64,000 bases of DNA from Octopus vulgaris (taxonomy: Eukaryota), in the NCBI GenBank assembly GCA_951406725.2, contig OX597820.1:75392001-75456000 (forward strand), written 5' to 3'. The notes under the pieces were generated by a model. It made no database searches, was not told where the DNA came from, and worked only from the letters and a program-made list of their open reading frames with translations. This document shows, one piece after another, positions 11,809 to 26,010 of this stretch; the stretch's first letter is position 1; the number at the start of each line of letters is the position of its first letter. Position numbers and translations under genes: made by a program.

Positions 11809-13367
11809 GATTACGTACTATTGACTACTGAAATGCGAATCATTGTTTATTAAAATGTAACGTTATAATCAAAAACTATATAATAGAGCGCAACTCCGCA
11901 AAATGTATATATACATTGAATGATTGTAAAGTCAATGTTTATTGAAAAATATCTTATTTTCAAAAATTAAAAGCAATCTACAGAGAGAACTTAATTCTTT
12001 TATGAAAGTGATGACGTTTCTGGTTGAATTTCTGCTGGTGACCCGAATCTATAGAATAACAAACATCAGGAATCGTCTCCTTCGGTATTTGTGCACATTC
12101 TCGTTCAATAAAACTTTTGTTATTGTCATTCTGGATAATTTCATCTAGTTCAAACTTAGTAGAGCTAAATCGAGTGCTGTTAGACGCGTAGGTGGATTTC
12201 TGTGAAACTTTTTCCTAAACCGTCTGTGTAATTCCATTGTGTTTTCGAAATAGCATTAGTACTTCGTGTAAATTTCATTACTTCAAAGGAAATTTACTCT
12301 AGTCATCGTTTCCAATGGCTAAACCTAAAGAAATAAAAAAAAATCAAATGTTACCAGCTGTTGAAAAGTGTATAAAGTCATTGGAACACTTTGTATATCT
12401 ACGAAAAACAGCGCAGCAAACATAGGCGATATGCAGAGAAATATGGAGCGTAATAACGTTTAGTAGAAATGATTATCTCGAATATTGTTTCTGTTTGTCG
12501 TGTGCTTAAATGCATCTTATCAGTTTAATTTGGGATGGAGTTTAAAGTGTTATTGTGGTAAATTCTAAGGTCTCTTAACGTATTAAGTCTCTTGACGTAA
12601 TGTTTTTTGATGCTCGTGATCCCATGGCTTCACGATATCAGCAGTGGCCGTACTAGAACTGTCATCAGTTTCAGACAGGTGTTCATAAAAAATAAATTAA
12701 TAGTGACAGAATCAATATTAATACCTAAATGTAGTATTTTTCTCCACTTAAAAGTGGATGTTGTGTTAGAACACTCAATACTGTGATAGTTGCCCCGAGA
12801 TAATTTCTCATGGTTTTGTGATGCATATAAACACTCGTCTGTGTGTCGCTAGCGAGAGACAATCGTCCACTATCGTTGTCGGGACTACCAGATCAGGTGA
12901 TTTCGTACTTCCTTAGCGCTGTCAATAGTTGTCACCCGAAGGTAGAAGTAACAGCAATTCATCCTTCACCAATTTATATAGAATCAGTGTCTATCTAATT
13001 AGACACTGGTCTCACAGCCTGTGGGATTATTAAAACATAATCAATAGTGCTTTTGTTGCTATTAAATTTTGAAAATGAAAAGTAATTTAATAAGTTCTGA
13101 TTTTATAGTCAGTCGATGTTTAACTACATTCTTGTGATACACGCTGTAATAAATAGTTTTTAAATCATTCTTATCGCCAAATACAAACCTTCATAAACTT
13201 GATAATTTTACACGACTCCAGGTTACAAACGTTGATTTTCTTCTCGACGTATATTAAAATATGCTGCTCGCACAGACATCGAACAAAGGGTTCGCAGTGA
13301 GGTCAAACAACAGTGAAGACATCAAGTGTTAGTAGGTTACTGTAGACATATAAGTACCAAATCCATT

Positions 13368-13598
13368 TTAACCATTGTGATACCAACTCACATGAAACCG
13401 CCTCTGGCTCTGAAGTAGATATATATTTTGTTTTCAAAAGTTCTGAATTAAAATCTTCTAACAGACATTAATCACAACATATGTTCCTAACACTAGCTTA
13501 ATGATAACTAAGCTATTTTACTAAATTCTTTGTTAAATTGAAAATTAATTGAATGAAACACAGAGCATCTAAAAAAAATATGGTAACAAAAAAGTTAA
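13368..13598. mobile_element. piggyBac-like MITE (TTAA-bounded)
   Basis: TTAA-CCATTGTGATACC ... GGTAACAAAAAAG-TTAA: degenerate TIRs with TTAA on both sides. Confidence 0.6.
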
Positions 13599-13679
13599 AC
13601 AGTAGGTCAGACTCACGGCAGGATCTAGGTGCGACGTTTAAATATATACATACACATACTTAAATACATACAAACATAC

Positions 13680-14115
13680 ATGATGGCTGCCCCCTCGTTA
13701 TCAAGTATGGCCATTGCACGAAGCTTAACTGTTATCGGTGCTGTGATCAATGTGACTTTTATTTGCTTTTTAAGGCTACAGCCAGCCATTCAGCTGAGAC
13801 TCACAGCACCATCAACAATCATGAACAATGTTGTTATCGTGCAAGATTTTTTTTAAAGTGAGGAAAGGCTGTGCACTGAGTTAATCCCACTCACTAAGCA
13901 ACAGCAGCCATAATCTGAAAAGAAGAACAAGTCAACATCATCGGTAACCACTGAGCCGCAGCTTTATGTCGGAGTTATCCCAGTTACCTGAGTTACCTTC
14001 TCCTCGAAGGATGCCATAACAAAGGCAAGGGGTCCTTCACTTCCAATGGATTAACCGCGCGATCGGGTATTCAGTTCGATTATTTCTATGTCCCCGCGCA
14101 TGATACTGCCTTGAG
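13680..14115 (-). mobile_element. RTE-derived non-autonomous retroelement (5'UTR-like plus 3' tail-like parts)
   Basis: Minus strand GGCATCCTTCGAGGAGAAGGTAACTC resembles RTE 5' UTRs. The end ATGGCCATACTTGATAACGAGGGGGCAGCC resembles the RTE 3' stem-loop and is followed by (TATG)-like repeats. Confidence 0.45.
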
Positions 14116-14569
14116 CCTTAAGAAAAAAAAATTACACATTTATTGGACGGCCGTTGACTCTCAAGAGTTCCTCCGCCCTTGCATACATACATACATACAT
14201 ACATACATACATCATGTCTAGCCATGCAACTATAAGCAGGAGAATACGTACATAAAGCAAAATATAAAACCTGCACATATACATATATACATATAAAAAT
14301 ACCCTGTTGACGTGGTTGAATTTCCAATAAAGGAACCTTATATCTATTGACGAGAAAATTTGAAATAAAACTGAATAATGAAACACACACGCGTATATGC
14401 ATACATGTATGTATATAAAGTATGTCAGTGTGATCGCGCGCGATTCTGTGTACACACAGCGAAACAAATACATCAGTAAATATGAATATGTTTATTGTTA
14501 TGAATATAGATAGAAATATGGATAGAGAAAGACACAGGCACTGATATACAGAGAAAGACAGATAGGCTG

Positions 14570-14688
<119 letters not shown>

Positions 14689-15239
14689 CCAATACAACTT
14701 TTCTCAGCAAAAACAATAATTTCATTTGCTTCTATGTTAAACTAAACAGAACTTACAATACACAGGCAATTAAGAAGTATTGTGGGCAAACCAAAAAAAA
14801 TGTTATCAAACTAAATATTTCTTCTAAGTGTCAGGAAAAAGATTAGCTCAGCAGCAGAAAATATATCATGTGGAAATCTATTTATCAGGGACAAATCTTC
14901 AGACCGATGCTGAATAAATTAATAATAAACTCAGTCTCTTCGAATAATATGCAAGTCAATTTACAACCTTAATCTCAAAGGAGACATAAAGCGAAAACGA
15001 AGTGGATTTGACTCATCATACTGTCTCTATATTTTTAACCATAAGCTACAATAATAATAATAATAATAATAATAGAAGTAGCAACGACAACAACAATAGT
15101 AATGAATGCATAGGTTTCCCTTTTTATATATTCCATTCACAAAATAAGTAGTCTTCTTTATATCTCTTTCTCTTTACATCTTATTTAGTTTCTGTTTGAG
15201 TACATATAACAACGTTAAGATATAAGTGTGAACGCTTAC

Positions 15240-15333
<94 letters not shown>

Positions 15334-15437
15334 GTATATATATATACATATATATATACATATATACATCTATATATGTATGTATATAGGCATATATGTA
15401 TGTTTCTATCAATATATCTATTTATATATCTACACAC

Positions 15438-15508
<71 letters not shown>

Positions 15509-15510
15509 TA

Positions 15511-15559
<49 letters not shown>

Positions 15560-15855
15560 TATTTTAATATCCATTCATGCATTTATACAGATATATATTT
15601 TCATATACGTACATTTAAATACATATGTATTTATAAATATATGTAATGCGTGTGTATTTGAGTGTACGTGTGTGTGTGTAATTGTGTGTGTGATTGTGTA
15701 TGTGTATGCGTGTAAATATGTACATACACACTCAATGGACATTTAAATATGTGCAAGTGTATGCATATATATACATATACACACAGATACACATACACAT
15801 TGATCACATATACTTACATGTAATAGGGTATGTATACACTTTCCCGATTAACATA

Positions 15856-15895
<40 letters not shown>

Positions 15896-16026
15896 AACGC
15901 ATATATATATATATATATATAATATATGTATATATATATATATATGCATGTATGCTTGTATATATGTGTGTATATATATACATATACAGCACACATAATC
16001 GCCCGAAAGTCTGAGTTTATATATAT

Positions 16027-16088
<62 letters not shown>

Positions 16089-16438
16089 GTGCCTAATAAT
16101 CCTATATCTATATATCTATATATATGTATGTATGATTTATACATGTTATTATACTTTAAACTTTTAACATATATGACAATAATTTCATATTCAAGACACT
16201 CTGTGAAAGATTTTACGATTATGAATTTAATTTTTTGACATGTTTCGTTTTTTCACTTTAATTCCTTCTTACTTTCCTTTCTACATGTATCCTTCCCTTT
16301 AATTCTGTCACTTTTTCTCTCTTTTTTCTCCCTTTCATTTTTGTCATATGTCTTGTAAATATATGTGCCTCCGTGATCTGAGTATAGATGTATAAGGGTA
16401 TATAAATTTTGAGTGTATATGCATTCACACACACAAAC

Positions 16439-16491
<53 letters not shown>

Positions 16492-16531
16492 CACAGACAC
16501 ACACACACACGCACATACACACATATACACT

Positions 16532-16564
<33 letters not shown>

Positions 16565-16734
16565 GATTTTTAGTATAGTGGCATGCACACCTTTTCAGTA
16601 TCAGAGTCGATTTCGTTATATCTCTCTTCCTCATAATAGAATCATATATATGTCTCCCTCCCCCCTCTCCTCCCTTTCCTATCTCTCTCTTTCTTTTTCT
16701 CTATCTATTTATATATATGTATATATGCATATAC

Positions 16735-16784
<50 letters not shown>

Positions 16785-17023
16785 ATATGTATATACATAC
16801 TTATATGTAAATATACAAATCTATATATATATATATACATGTGTGTATATATATGTGTGTGTGTGTATATATATGTGCATATATATATATACATACATAT
16901 AAATATATAATTATATGTTTATATTAATGTTAAATTTTATATACAATTATGCATATATTCACATGTATATATATATATATATACACATACATACATACAT
17001 ACATATATACATATGCGTATATA

Positions 17024-17082
<59 letters not shown>

Positions 17083-17095
17083 GTATGTATATGTA
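15240..17095. repeat. Large field of (TA)n, (CA)n, (TC)n and (TATG)n microsatellites with short spacers
   Basis: Direct reading; accounts for all YIYI/HTHT ORFs here. Confidence 0.9.
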
Positions 17096-17609
17096 CAGGC
17101 AAGTATTCGTTAATAGATGAGGGAATAGAAGGAGATATCTCAACAGTATCTGCGTAATATCGGTTTGTCGTATTCTGGCATGTGATAATGGGATACAGCA
17201 ATTCCGTTATTATAGATGCAGCCTTAAGAACTCGTAAAGTTGTTTTTATATCGTAGTAATGTATAGGCGAATATTAATTGTAGTCCGTATTCATATTCAT
17301 GCCAGAGTGTCCAATTCCCATTTTGCAGCAAGTGTCCTTTCGTTTTCATGATTTTATCATAGCCAATAATCATAATTTTGTCTTGGAAAGACATCTACCG
17401 TAACAGCGTAGGCAGATACCATAAGAGCGTAACAGCGTAGGTAAAATTAGAATGTTCTCTAATTCAAATATATCTTGTCATTTGTTAAAATGAATGATGA
17501 TGTGAGCCCCAGGCAGGGTCTCGATATTTTGGCATGACCTTAGAGAAATAGCAGCTAAATGAAATCAGGCAGTAATTTGAAAGGCGATATGATGATTGCA
17601 ACGAAGACA

Positions 17610-17800
17610 ATGAGCTGGCAGAATCGTTAGCACACCGGGCAAAATGCCAAGCGGTATTCTGAATTCGATTTCCGCTGAGGTCGAGTGTGCATTTCAACAC
17701 TTCAGGGTCAATAAAATATGTACCAGTTGAACACTGGGGTCGATATAACAACCTCAAGTCGTCCCCTGAAATTGCAGGCTTCGTGTCAAAATTTTAAACC
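17610..17800 (+). mobile_element. SINE family A
   Basis: GAGCTGGCAGAATCGTTAGCAC head and CACTGGGGTCGAT. Confidence 0.8.
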
Positions 17801-17908
17801 GATATAAGGATTACAACAGGTTTGCCTATGAACTTAGCTAAACTCTACCTGATCGAAGGCTGGTAAATATTGAATAATTACGTAATTACTCGTGAATAAT
17901 GCGCACTA

Positions 17909-18047
17909 TACTGTACTTTATTTTCGCTGAAAACAATGTGATCTGAGACTTACGCACTGCACAAAGTTAAATCTAGATAGGGAAAAATTTATACCAGGAT
18001 TTAGCATTAAATTGGTGAGGGTGACTTATAAACGTTTAAATACAGTA
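17909..18047. mobile_element. Possible Tc1/mariner-type MITE remnant
   Basis: TACTGTA...TACAGTA termini; 3' GGGTGACTTATAAACGTTTAAATACAG. Confidence 0.3.
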
Positions 18048-18444
18048 TATTTTGCTAGGAAAGCAAAGCCGATGTTTCGGGCGGAGAACTTTATTGTGAG
18101 TCGGGTTTTGGCTTTAAATCCAAAAAATTATTTATGAAAATTTGCGAGCTTTTGAGAGTAAGAAGAAAATTGCTAATTTAAATGTATGTTCGAGGACAGA
18201 AATAATGGCAAATGGTGGAGTCTATTTAAACAAATTCTGGACTTGACTGAAGTGTATTATGGCTCGGAGATAACTGTTTATCAATGTAGCTTCCACCATG
18301 AATCCAGCTGCCCACATTGTGTGTATGATAGATATTTGAGGTCATTTTGCAAGAGGATGAAATTGAATGTCTTGGTTGAAAGATATTGCATAAGAGACGA
18401 ATTCTATTTCCTCGCTTATATAAGTAGATACATGTATGTGTATC

Positions 18445-18672
18445 TGAGAGAGAGAGCGAGAGAGAGAGAGATACAGTGTGTGTGTGTATGTGTGTGTGCG
18501 TGTATGTGTGTGTGTGCGTGTATGTGTGTGTGTGCGTGTATGTGTGTGTGCGCACGAATATATATATATATATAAATATATATAAATATACATATACATA
18601 TAATAATGTATAATATATATGTCCATATATATATATATATGTACATACGTAAGCACATATGCATGTGTGTGT

Positions 18673-18717
<45 letters not shown>

Positions 18718-18735
18718 TGTGTGTTTGTGCATGTA
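18445..18735. repeat. (GA)n/(TG)n/(TA)n compound microsatellite
   Basis: Direct reading. Confidence 0.9.
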
Positions 18736-19844
18736 CTTGTAAACTGGTATATGATCGTATCAATGATGTCTGCATAATTTCGTTCGCAATTCAAAACCCT
18801 ATATTACAGTTTATGAAGTTATAAAATATCAGCAATTAAAATCATATTTGACTGTACTTGTAACATAAGATGTCATTATTTATACGACACAGAATTAAGT
18901 ATCGAATTATACGATACACAGTAGACATGCTGTTAAAGCATCATTTTCAACTTTGTTAAAATATTAACTTAAAACCGAAACGTTAGCAAAATATATACTG
19001 AAAGGCCAGGCAAAGAAATTCGCTTTCTCTATATTAAATTATTTCATACGAATATAAGAGTACGTGTATCTCGTGTTACACACTCTTGACTCGACAATAT
19101 TATTATTTCTGAAAGTAATTAAGCGAATTCTTTCACTGCATTAGCGATTTATCTCTGTTTTCGAAAAAAAGAAACAAAAGTTCCATAGCACATACGTATG
19201 TTCATGTATAAATGCATCCATCCATCCATCCATCCGTTAATCGATCCATCAATCCATCCACCCATACATACATATATAAGTATACATCTATAAATAAATG
19301 ACAGACAGTGGAATTGACGACATTGTTTATTTAAAATCACCCACTACAATTGTTTCGATAATCTTTACACATATAGTACATTGGTGAGATGTGTAATCAT
19401 TATTGTATATCTAGGGAGTAAATCGCGCCTCCTCGGGTGATTAATTAAATAAGTTCTTTATTATATCCTATCTTCCTTTTACTCAGTGTGATACGGCATA
19501 TCCAAAGTGAGGGATATACATCCTTACATCTCTTCTTCCCTAAAGCCCTACATATATACTTACATGCATGCATACGTACGTATATACATCTAAACATACA
19601 TGCACAGAAATTGTATGAAAAATAATACATGCTTGTATGCATAGAACGTAAGAACGCAAAATATTACTTGCTGTGCTGCTTAAAAAAACACATCGAGAGA
19701 GAAATAGTGAAGAAATCTGTGCCGCTTTAACACCACAGCTTGATATTAATCGAACCTTTAGCAGATGGCAGCCGTGGATTTTACTCTGATGAAAGCAATT
19801 CAGTCATGTTCCAAGTTTGAAGAAACGCTGACCAGCACCGAGTC

Positions 19845-20130
19845 ATGCTCATCGCATTCCTGGTTATATTCACGAAGATGGAAAAACATCGATTAGCTAC
19901 GACTCTATGGTACATTGAAAGGTCCAAGATGAAACATATTGTGAGAAAACATCCGAACGGGTCTAATTCAACAAAAGAATGGAGTCAGCATCAACGTGAT
20001 CTCATAATACTGAAAGCAAAATTTTCGTCTGCCGGACACGTTGCAAAGTTTACAAACATGAGTGGTATCCAAGACATCGTTAATTGCCACTCAGAGGGTT
20101 CCCATGATGATGGAAAAGCAATATATTTAA
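19845..20130 (+). mobile_element. RTE-clade LINE C-terminal fragment (decayed)
   Basis: IERSKM..VRKH..KAKFSSAGHVAKFTNMSG resembles RTE MERSMLG..LREH..KFRWAGHVARFTDNRW. Confidence 0.55.
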
Positions 20131-20341
20131 ACGATTTTTCTCGAAGTGCTGCTGTGTTTCATTTTGAGCCTGAAATATTGCAGGTTAATACACAGCATGC
20201 TATACAAAATCATCCGATTACTGTACTACATGTACCTCACATTTGAAGTAGCTCACATTTAAATTTTATTTCATTAAATGATATCTTTCGCTATATGTGG
20301 GTGTGTACGTGTGCGTGTCTGCGTGCGTGTATGAGTGTGTA

Positions 20342-21111
20342 CGAGCTGGTACCAAAACCTTCCTAGACTAGTTCTGCAAGGCACCAATAGATGACAGCAT
20401 ACGGTTGTGTGCGCAGTGAGAGCCGGCAGTAACCCTCATCAGGCGGAGTGCCGAGTGAAATCGATGTATTTTCTTCGCAAGTTGTGAAATTTATGTTTTG
20501 TGATCACAGATATTTTGTAGTCTGGGATTTTTGTCATGGACAGGAAGGTGGAACGAAAAGCCGACGTAAAACTTTGCGTTAAACTTGAAAATTCTGCAAC
20601 AGAGACATTGAGCATGCTTCTGCAAGCTTACGCCGACGAGGCAAGGGCGCTTCAAAAGCGGAACAAAGTCCTCGGAAGATGATGAGCGATCTGGAAAACC
20701 TGTCACAAGCGTCACCCTCGGGAATGTGAAGAAATATAATTAGCTGGTGCATGAGGATCGTCGGAGGACAATTAATGACATTGCTTATGTTGTTGATCTG
20801 TGTTATGGGTCCGTGCAGGCAATCCTATTGTCTGAATTGAACATGCGGCGTTTTTTCTACCAAGTTTGTCGCCTGCTTGCTGACTAGTGAGCAGAAAGAA
20901 CATCACATCGAAGTCTTTCAATATTTTCTTCAGCGAGTCGCTGATGACCCATGCTTCATGTCGAGAATCATCATCGGCAACAAGAGTTAGGACTATGCAT
21001 ACGACTCTGAGACGAACCTGCAGTCGTCACAATGCAAGAGCCCTTTTATCTCAACGACCGACGAAGGCACAACGAGAATCGCAGTTTAATCAAGGGCATG
21101 CTCATCAATTT
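20342..21111 (+). mobile_element. Mariner 5' half (TA-CGAG-type left TIR, mellifera/capitata-like)
   Basis: TACGAGCTGGTACCAAAACCTTCC end; MDRKVERKADVKLCVKLENSATETLSMLLQAYADE, EDDERSGKP, SRIIIGNKS, IKGMLI. Confidence 0.85.
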
Positions 21112-21602
21112 TTTGGATCCAGGCGAAACCATTACGGCGGAGAAGTACTGTCAGCAAATGGATGAAATGCATAAGAAACTCCGACAATAACAGCCAGCAT
21201 TTGTCAAGAGAAAAGGACTAATCCTTCTCTACGACAACGCTCGGCCGCACGTCGCGCAACTGAATCCGCAGAAGTTGAACGAATTGAGCTACAAAACTCT
21301 GCCTCATCCGACATACTTGCCAAACGTCTCGCTTACCGACTACCATTTTTTCAAGCATCTCGACAACTTTCTGCGTGAGAAATGCTTAAACAATCAAGAC
21401 GATGCCAAACACGCCTTCAACGACTTCATCGCTACCAGAACACAGGATTTTTACGCTACTGGCATGAATTAACTTGTTTCGAGCTGGCAAATGTGTGTGA
21501 TTCTGATGGTATTTATTTTGATTAATAAAGTTTTGCTTGAGCCGATATATGTGCATCTGAATTTAAAGGTTAAAAACCGCAAAAACTTCCTTCACAACCT
21601 AA
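21112..21602 (+). mobile_element. Mariner 3' half, cecropia/Hsmar1-like
   Basis: PGETITAEKYCQQMDEMHKKL..RKGLILLYDNARPHVAQ..NELSYKTLPHPTYLPNVSLTDYHFFKHLDNFL..DFYATGMN; right TIR AAAACCGCAAAAACTTCCTTCACAACCTAA followed by TA. Confidence 0.9.
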
Positions 21603-21672
21603 TATATATACACGTATATATATACATATATACATAGATATACATATACATGTGCGTGTGTATAAACAAATA

Positions 21673-21761
<89 letters not shown>

Positions 21762-23284
21762 TACATACACACATACATACATTCATACATGCACGCAGTC
21801 ATACATACATAAATACATACCTACTTATCTATATATATATATATACCTCTGTATGAATATGTAAACGTCTATGTATAAATATGTGCTGGTAGGTAGGTAG
21901 GTAGGTAGGTAGGTAGGTGGGTAGGTAAGGAGGTGAGTGGCTGGGTAGGTAGGAGGGTAATGTAGATAATAGCTGCATATTCTGCAACTTTCTTCATACA
22001 GTGAAACATTTTCACTTTTAGTGCCAGTCTTTGAATTCTGAGAAGAAATGAAACAGTATTCTACGAATGTACTTACCAACCAACCAACCAACCCACCAAC
22101 CTAATTTCCAGCCTACCTAGCTACAGTTCCTTGTGCATAGCAACATGCATGCATTAATACACATGTATATACGTTTAAACACATAAAGCTACATACATGA
22201 CTATGTTTAAGATCAGCACTGACAAAATGGCGTTTGGCATGTGAAAATATATTTGACAAACTTCTTTGATAGCGTCACAAGTGCTATTCTATTGAAATAG
22301 ATACCTTTCCCGCTGCTACGTATTAGAAAGATCATATCTGGCTAACGGTAATTGCACTTGTAGTGCATTGAAAATTTATGAAAGATGAATATCGTATGAT
22401 ACGAAAGTTAATTGATTAAGTATCGCAATGACTTCAATCCAATTTGCGAGATAGATTCAAGAGACGTTCCACACTCTTGTCTGTCTGCTTGGTTAACATC
22501 GATTCTAACATTAATACAATGATGAAGCAACCATTAAAATATGAGTCATACTTTACCTGTGACAAGCGGAATTTTGATTTATGCAGTTGGAAACCTGTGG
22601 ATTACACTGATTGGTTTGCAATATAAATGGAATCTTCATTCAAGTATATGGTAATTTTAGGGGACACAATATCTCCTTTGGAACTTCGCAAACAACAGTT
22701 TTCTTCTAATGACGCCTCAACGTCGCTGATCAACCACCAATTGATGCAGCAACATCAATCAGAATGGCTTCTATAATTAGTTGCTCAACCTTATTAGAAA
22801 TAGCAGCTAAATTCTACCTTAAATCATGTTATTATCTTCAAAATGAAAATTTTGGGGCAAGAAAATGTCTGCTCAATCAGCTAAATAATCAGCTAATTAA
22901 CAAAATAATCAATATATTTCTAAAATCTATATAAGGAGCGTTGGAATAACAGCGTGATCTCGTGGTTTGGGTGTTAGTGATCATTGCCATAAGAGCGTGT
23001 TCAATTTGGTACGTTGTATCCATGAGGAAAAAAAAAAACAAAACTTCCGTTTACATACCCCTGTTGTGTCAGCTTAAATGAGTACCCGCTCAGTGCTGGT
23101 GAGTCCTCCCTTTCCATAGGTGTTATCGTTTTGGTCATGCCGGATGTCCAAAAAAGCATTTATGCCTATTCACGATTCCTTAAGTACCTTAAACATTTAG
23201 TGAAATAGTAATCGTTACAAAGGCATACCCGCCTGTGAATGAATGCCTTGGTTTTTGTGTTTTTATTAACGTTCGTCACGCGAC

Positions 23285-23490
23285 CGGGCCTGGATTTTAG
23301 GGGGCAGTACTGACGATCGCAGGATCAGTGTTTCGATACCCGGACACTGTGATGCGTCGTGTTCTTGAGTAAAACAAATTATCTCATATTATTCCAGTGG
23401 ACTCAACTGTAAATAAATAATTTTGCGATGGTTCGGCGTCGCAATCAACGGGTAATTTGTGATTTTGGTCCCTTATACGCGAGACAAATA
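23285..23490 (+). mobile_element. SINE family C-like, diverged
   Basis: GACGATCGCAGGATC..TTTCGATACCCGGAC..GTGTTCTTGAGTAAAAC. Confidence 0.55.
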
Positions 23491-23689
23491 AGTTAACCAG
23501 GTAACTGACTCGTTAGAAGTTTAATGAAATGAATAATGGGTATGAAGTAATAACAGCTTGAATGTTCATTTGTTTTATGCTGCGTTTCCGAAGTAGAATA
23601 CGTTTGTTTGCCAAGATTCGCCTTGATTCATACAATTAAATATTTGGTGCCACGCCAGCAACTACGCGGTATTTAGCTAATAAACCTTC

Positions 23690-23897
23690 CTGCTATAGTC
23701 ACAAGGCCTGAAATGTTGAGGGAGCAGGATCGTCAATTATATCGTCCTCAGTACTGAGACCGTCCTTATTTTATCGACCACAAAACGATGAAAAGTAACG
23801 TTGACCTCAGCTAAGTTTGAATTCAGCACGTAAAACCGGAAAAATATCGTTATGCATATTGTCCAGCGGATTGACTATTCTGCATGCTCGCTGCCTT
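23690..23897 (-). mobile_element. SINE family A, diverged
   Basis: CACAAGGCCTGAAA tail, TTATTTTATCGACC core, GCTCGCTGCC head. Confidence 0.75.
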
Positions 23898-23974
23898 CCT
23901 TCTGCTAAAAATATAAGTTTTCATATACAGACTAAGTAAAAGACCCTTGTTTATTCTTTTACTTTCTAATTCTC

Positions 23975-24377
23975 TTATTTGCTTTAGTCATATGACTGCG
24001 GCCATGATGCAGCACCTCCTTCAGTCGAGCTAATCGACCCCAGGACTTATTCTTTGTAAGCCTAGCGCTTATTCTATTTGGTCTTTTTTGCCGAACCGCT
24101 ATGATACAGCGAGGTAAACACACAAGCATCAGTCGTCAAGCGATATTAGTAGGACAAACACAGACACACAAACACAGACACACAAACACAGACACACACA
24201 CAGATATATATATGCGACGGGCTTCTTTCAGTTTCCTCCTACCAAACCCACTGACAAAATTTTACTCGGCCCGAGGGTATAGTAGAAGACACCTGCCCAA
24301 TGTGCCACGCAGTGGGATTGAACTCGGAACCATGTGGTTGGGAAGCAAGCTGCTTACCACACAGCCACTCCTGCGCC
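23975..24377 (-). mobile_element. SINE family B (tRNA head, CORE-like segment, internal microsatellite)
   Basis: Reverse complement of GGCGCAGGAGTGGCTGTGTGGTAAG..TTGGGCAGGTGTCTTCTACTATA..ACAAAGAATAAGTCCTGGGGTCGAT. Confidence 0.9.
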
Positions 24378-24536
24378 CTTATTTTTGTCTATGATCATTC
24401 TTAACAAAATTAATGTCATAGAGATAATCTGATATTCTTAATTTAATGTAGGTATTCCCGGTATTTCTAAATGAGAAATGTGAATAAATGTAAATAGTTG
24501 CTTATATATTTTATGGGCAGAAAATGTTTTCTATTG

Positions 24537-24576
24537 TCCTAACAAGTTTCATCTCTTTTGGATATTCATCAGAGAA
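24537..24576 (-). ncRNA. Minimal type I hammerhead-like motif
   Basis: TTCT-CTGATGA-at-ATC-caaaaga-GAT-GAAAC-TT-GTT-AGGA. Confidence 0.4.
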
Positions 24577-25022
24577 TACGTCCCCACATTTGCTGCCAAA
24601 GATGACGGATAATTCTAAATAGCCTTGATAAGAAGGAATGATAACGGGGGTAATGTTGGAATTGTCAAGTACAAAACTACTAACACATTATCATTATCAT
24701 CTTTGTCGTCTTCGTCATCGTCGCCGCTGTTGTCATCGTCGTTCTTATCAACAACATCAGGGCCATCGTCATCGCTGACAGTGTCGTCATCCCCATGAAT
24801 ATCACCCAAAAAGAAAATAAAAAACAGAAAAAACTTGTAAGTCAAACCGATATTATATAAATGTACACAACATTGTAGACATGCGTACAAAGTATTTAAC
24901 TGTGAAAATCATAACATATTTGTCTGGAAAGAAAAGAGGGTAAATATGCATCTACATACTTACATATATATATATATATATACATACATAAATACACACA
25001 TGTATATATACATACATACATA

Positions 25023-25081
<59 letters not shown>

Positions 25082-25813
25082 GTATATATATATATATGTA
25101 TATATAAGTATGTGTATATATAACGAAATTATATAAAAACGGGAAAAACGAAATCGTCGCCATTTTTTTTATTCGTGTGCATTCATTCATTTACTTATTT
25201 AATTATTTATTTATTCATTTGCTACGTCTATTTGTAATAAGATAATATATTTTATGTTCCACTGATAACTGACAAAGCATTAAACCTGCTGCAACGAACA
25301 AAAAGTTTAAAAAAAAAATAGAGAAATATCTACATATCTCTTTGGTTTGTTTTTGTTGGTGTTTTTTATTTTATTTTAACTGTTCCGTTTTAGAATGTGT
25401 GTGTGTATAGCAGAAAAAAGGGTTTTGATGAGTAAGGTCCTTCCTAATATTTCAGTGTTCACTGGACCCTAAAATGAAAGTAAAAAAAATGTGATGCTTT
25501 TCTGTTATTGACTTTGCGTCTTCATTCATCACGATGCAATTTTCTCGATGGCAAAAAGTAAAAAGAAAGAGAAACAAAATGGAGAAATTCAAAATGATAC
25601 AAAATGACACAAGACAACAAATGAAAAATAAATAAAAGGACATTTTCAATTGAATTATACATATTTATGTTCTTATTTTATTATATTTTATTATATTTTA
25701 TCTTTATTTTATTCATTTTTGTCTTACATAGAGACCAATCAACGTTTGCTTATTTCTATCTGTAGTTATGTCGCAAGCTGTATTTATGCATATATATATA
25801 CATATATAGACTA

Positions 25814-25877
<64 letters not shown>

Positions 25878-25909
25878 TGTCTGTGCAAGTGTGTATGATT
25901 CTATATGCA

Positions 25910-25944
<35 letters not shown>

Positions 25945-25976
25945 ATACACACGTACTTATTTGTATGTATGTGTTA

Positions 25977-26010
<34 letters not shown>

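Noticed and set aside
15174-17201. Numerous ORFs of YIYI, HTHT, CVCV and MYVC type here and throughout the window
   Set aside because: They are translations of stop-free microsatellites, not genes.
17224-17394. 56-codon minus-strand ORF (MSFQDKIMIIG..)
   Set aside because: No recognisable motif or splice context; length is compatible with chance.
24615-24890. Asp-rich ORF (DDDTVSDDDG..)
   Set aside because: Degenerate (GAT/GAC)n low-complexity tract with no convincing splice sites or homology.
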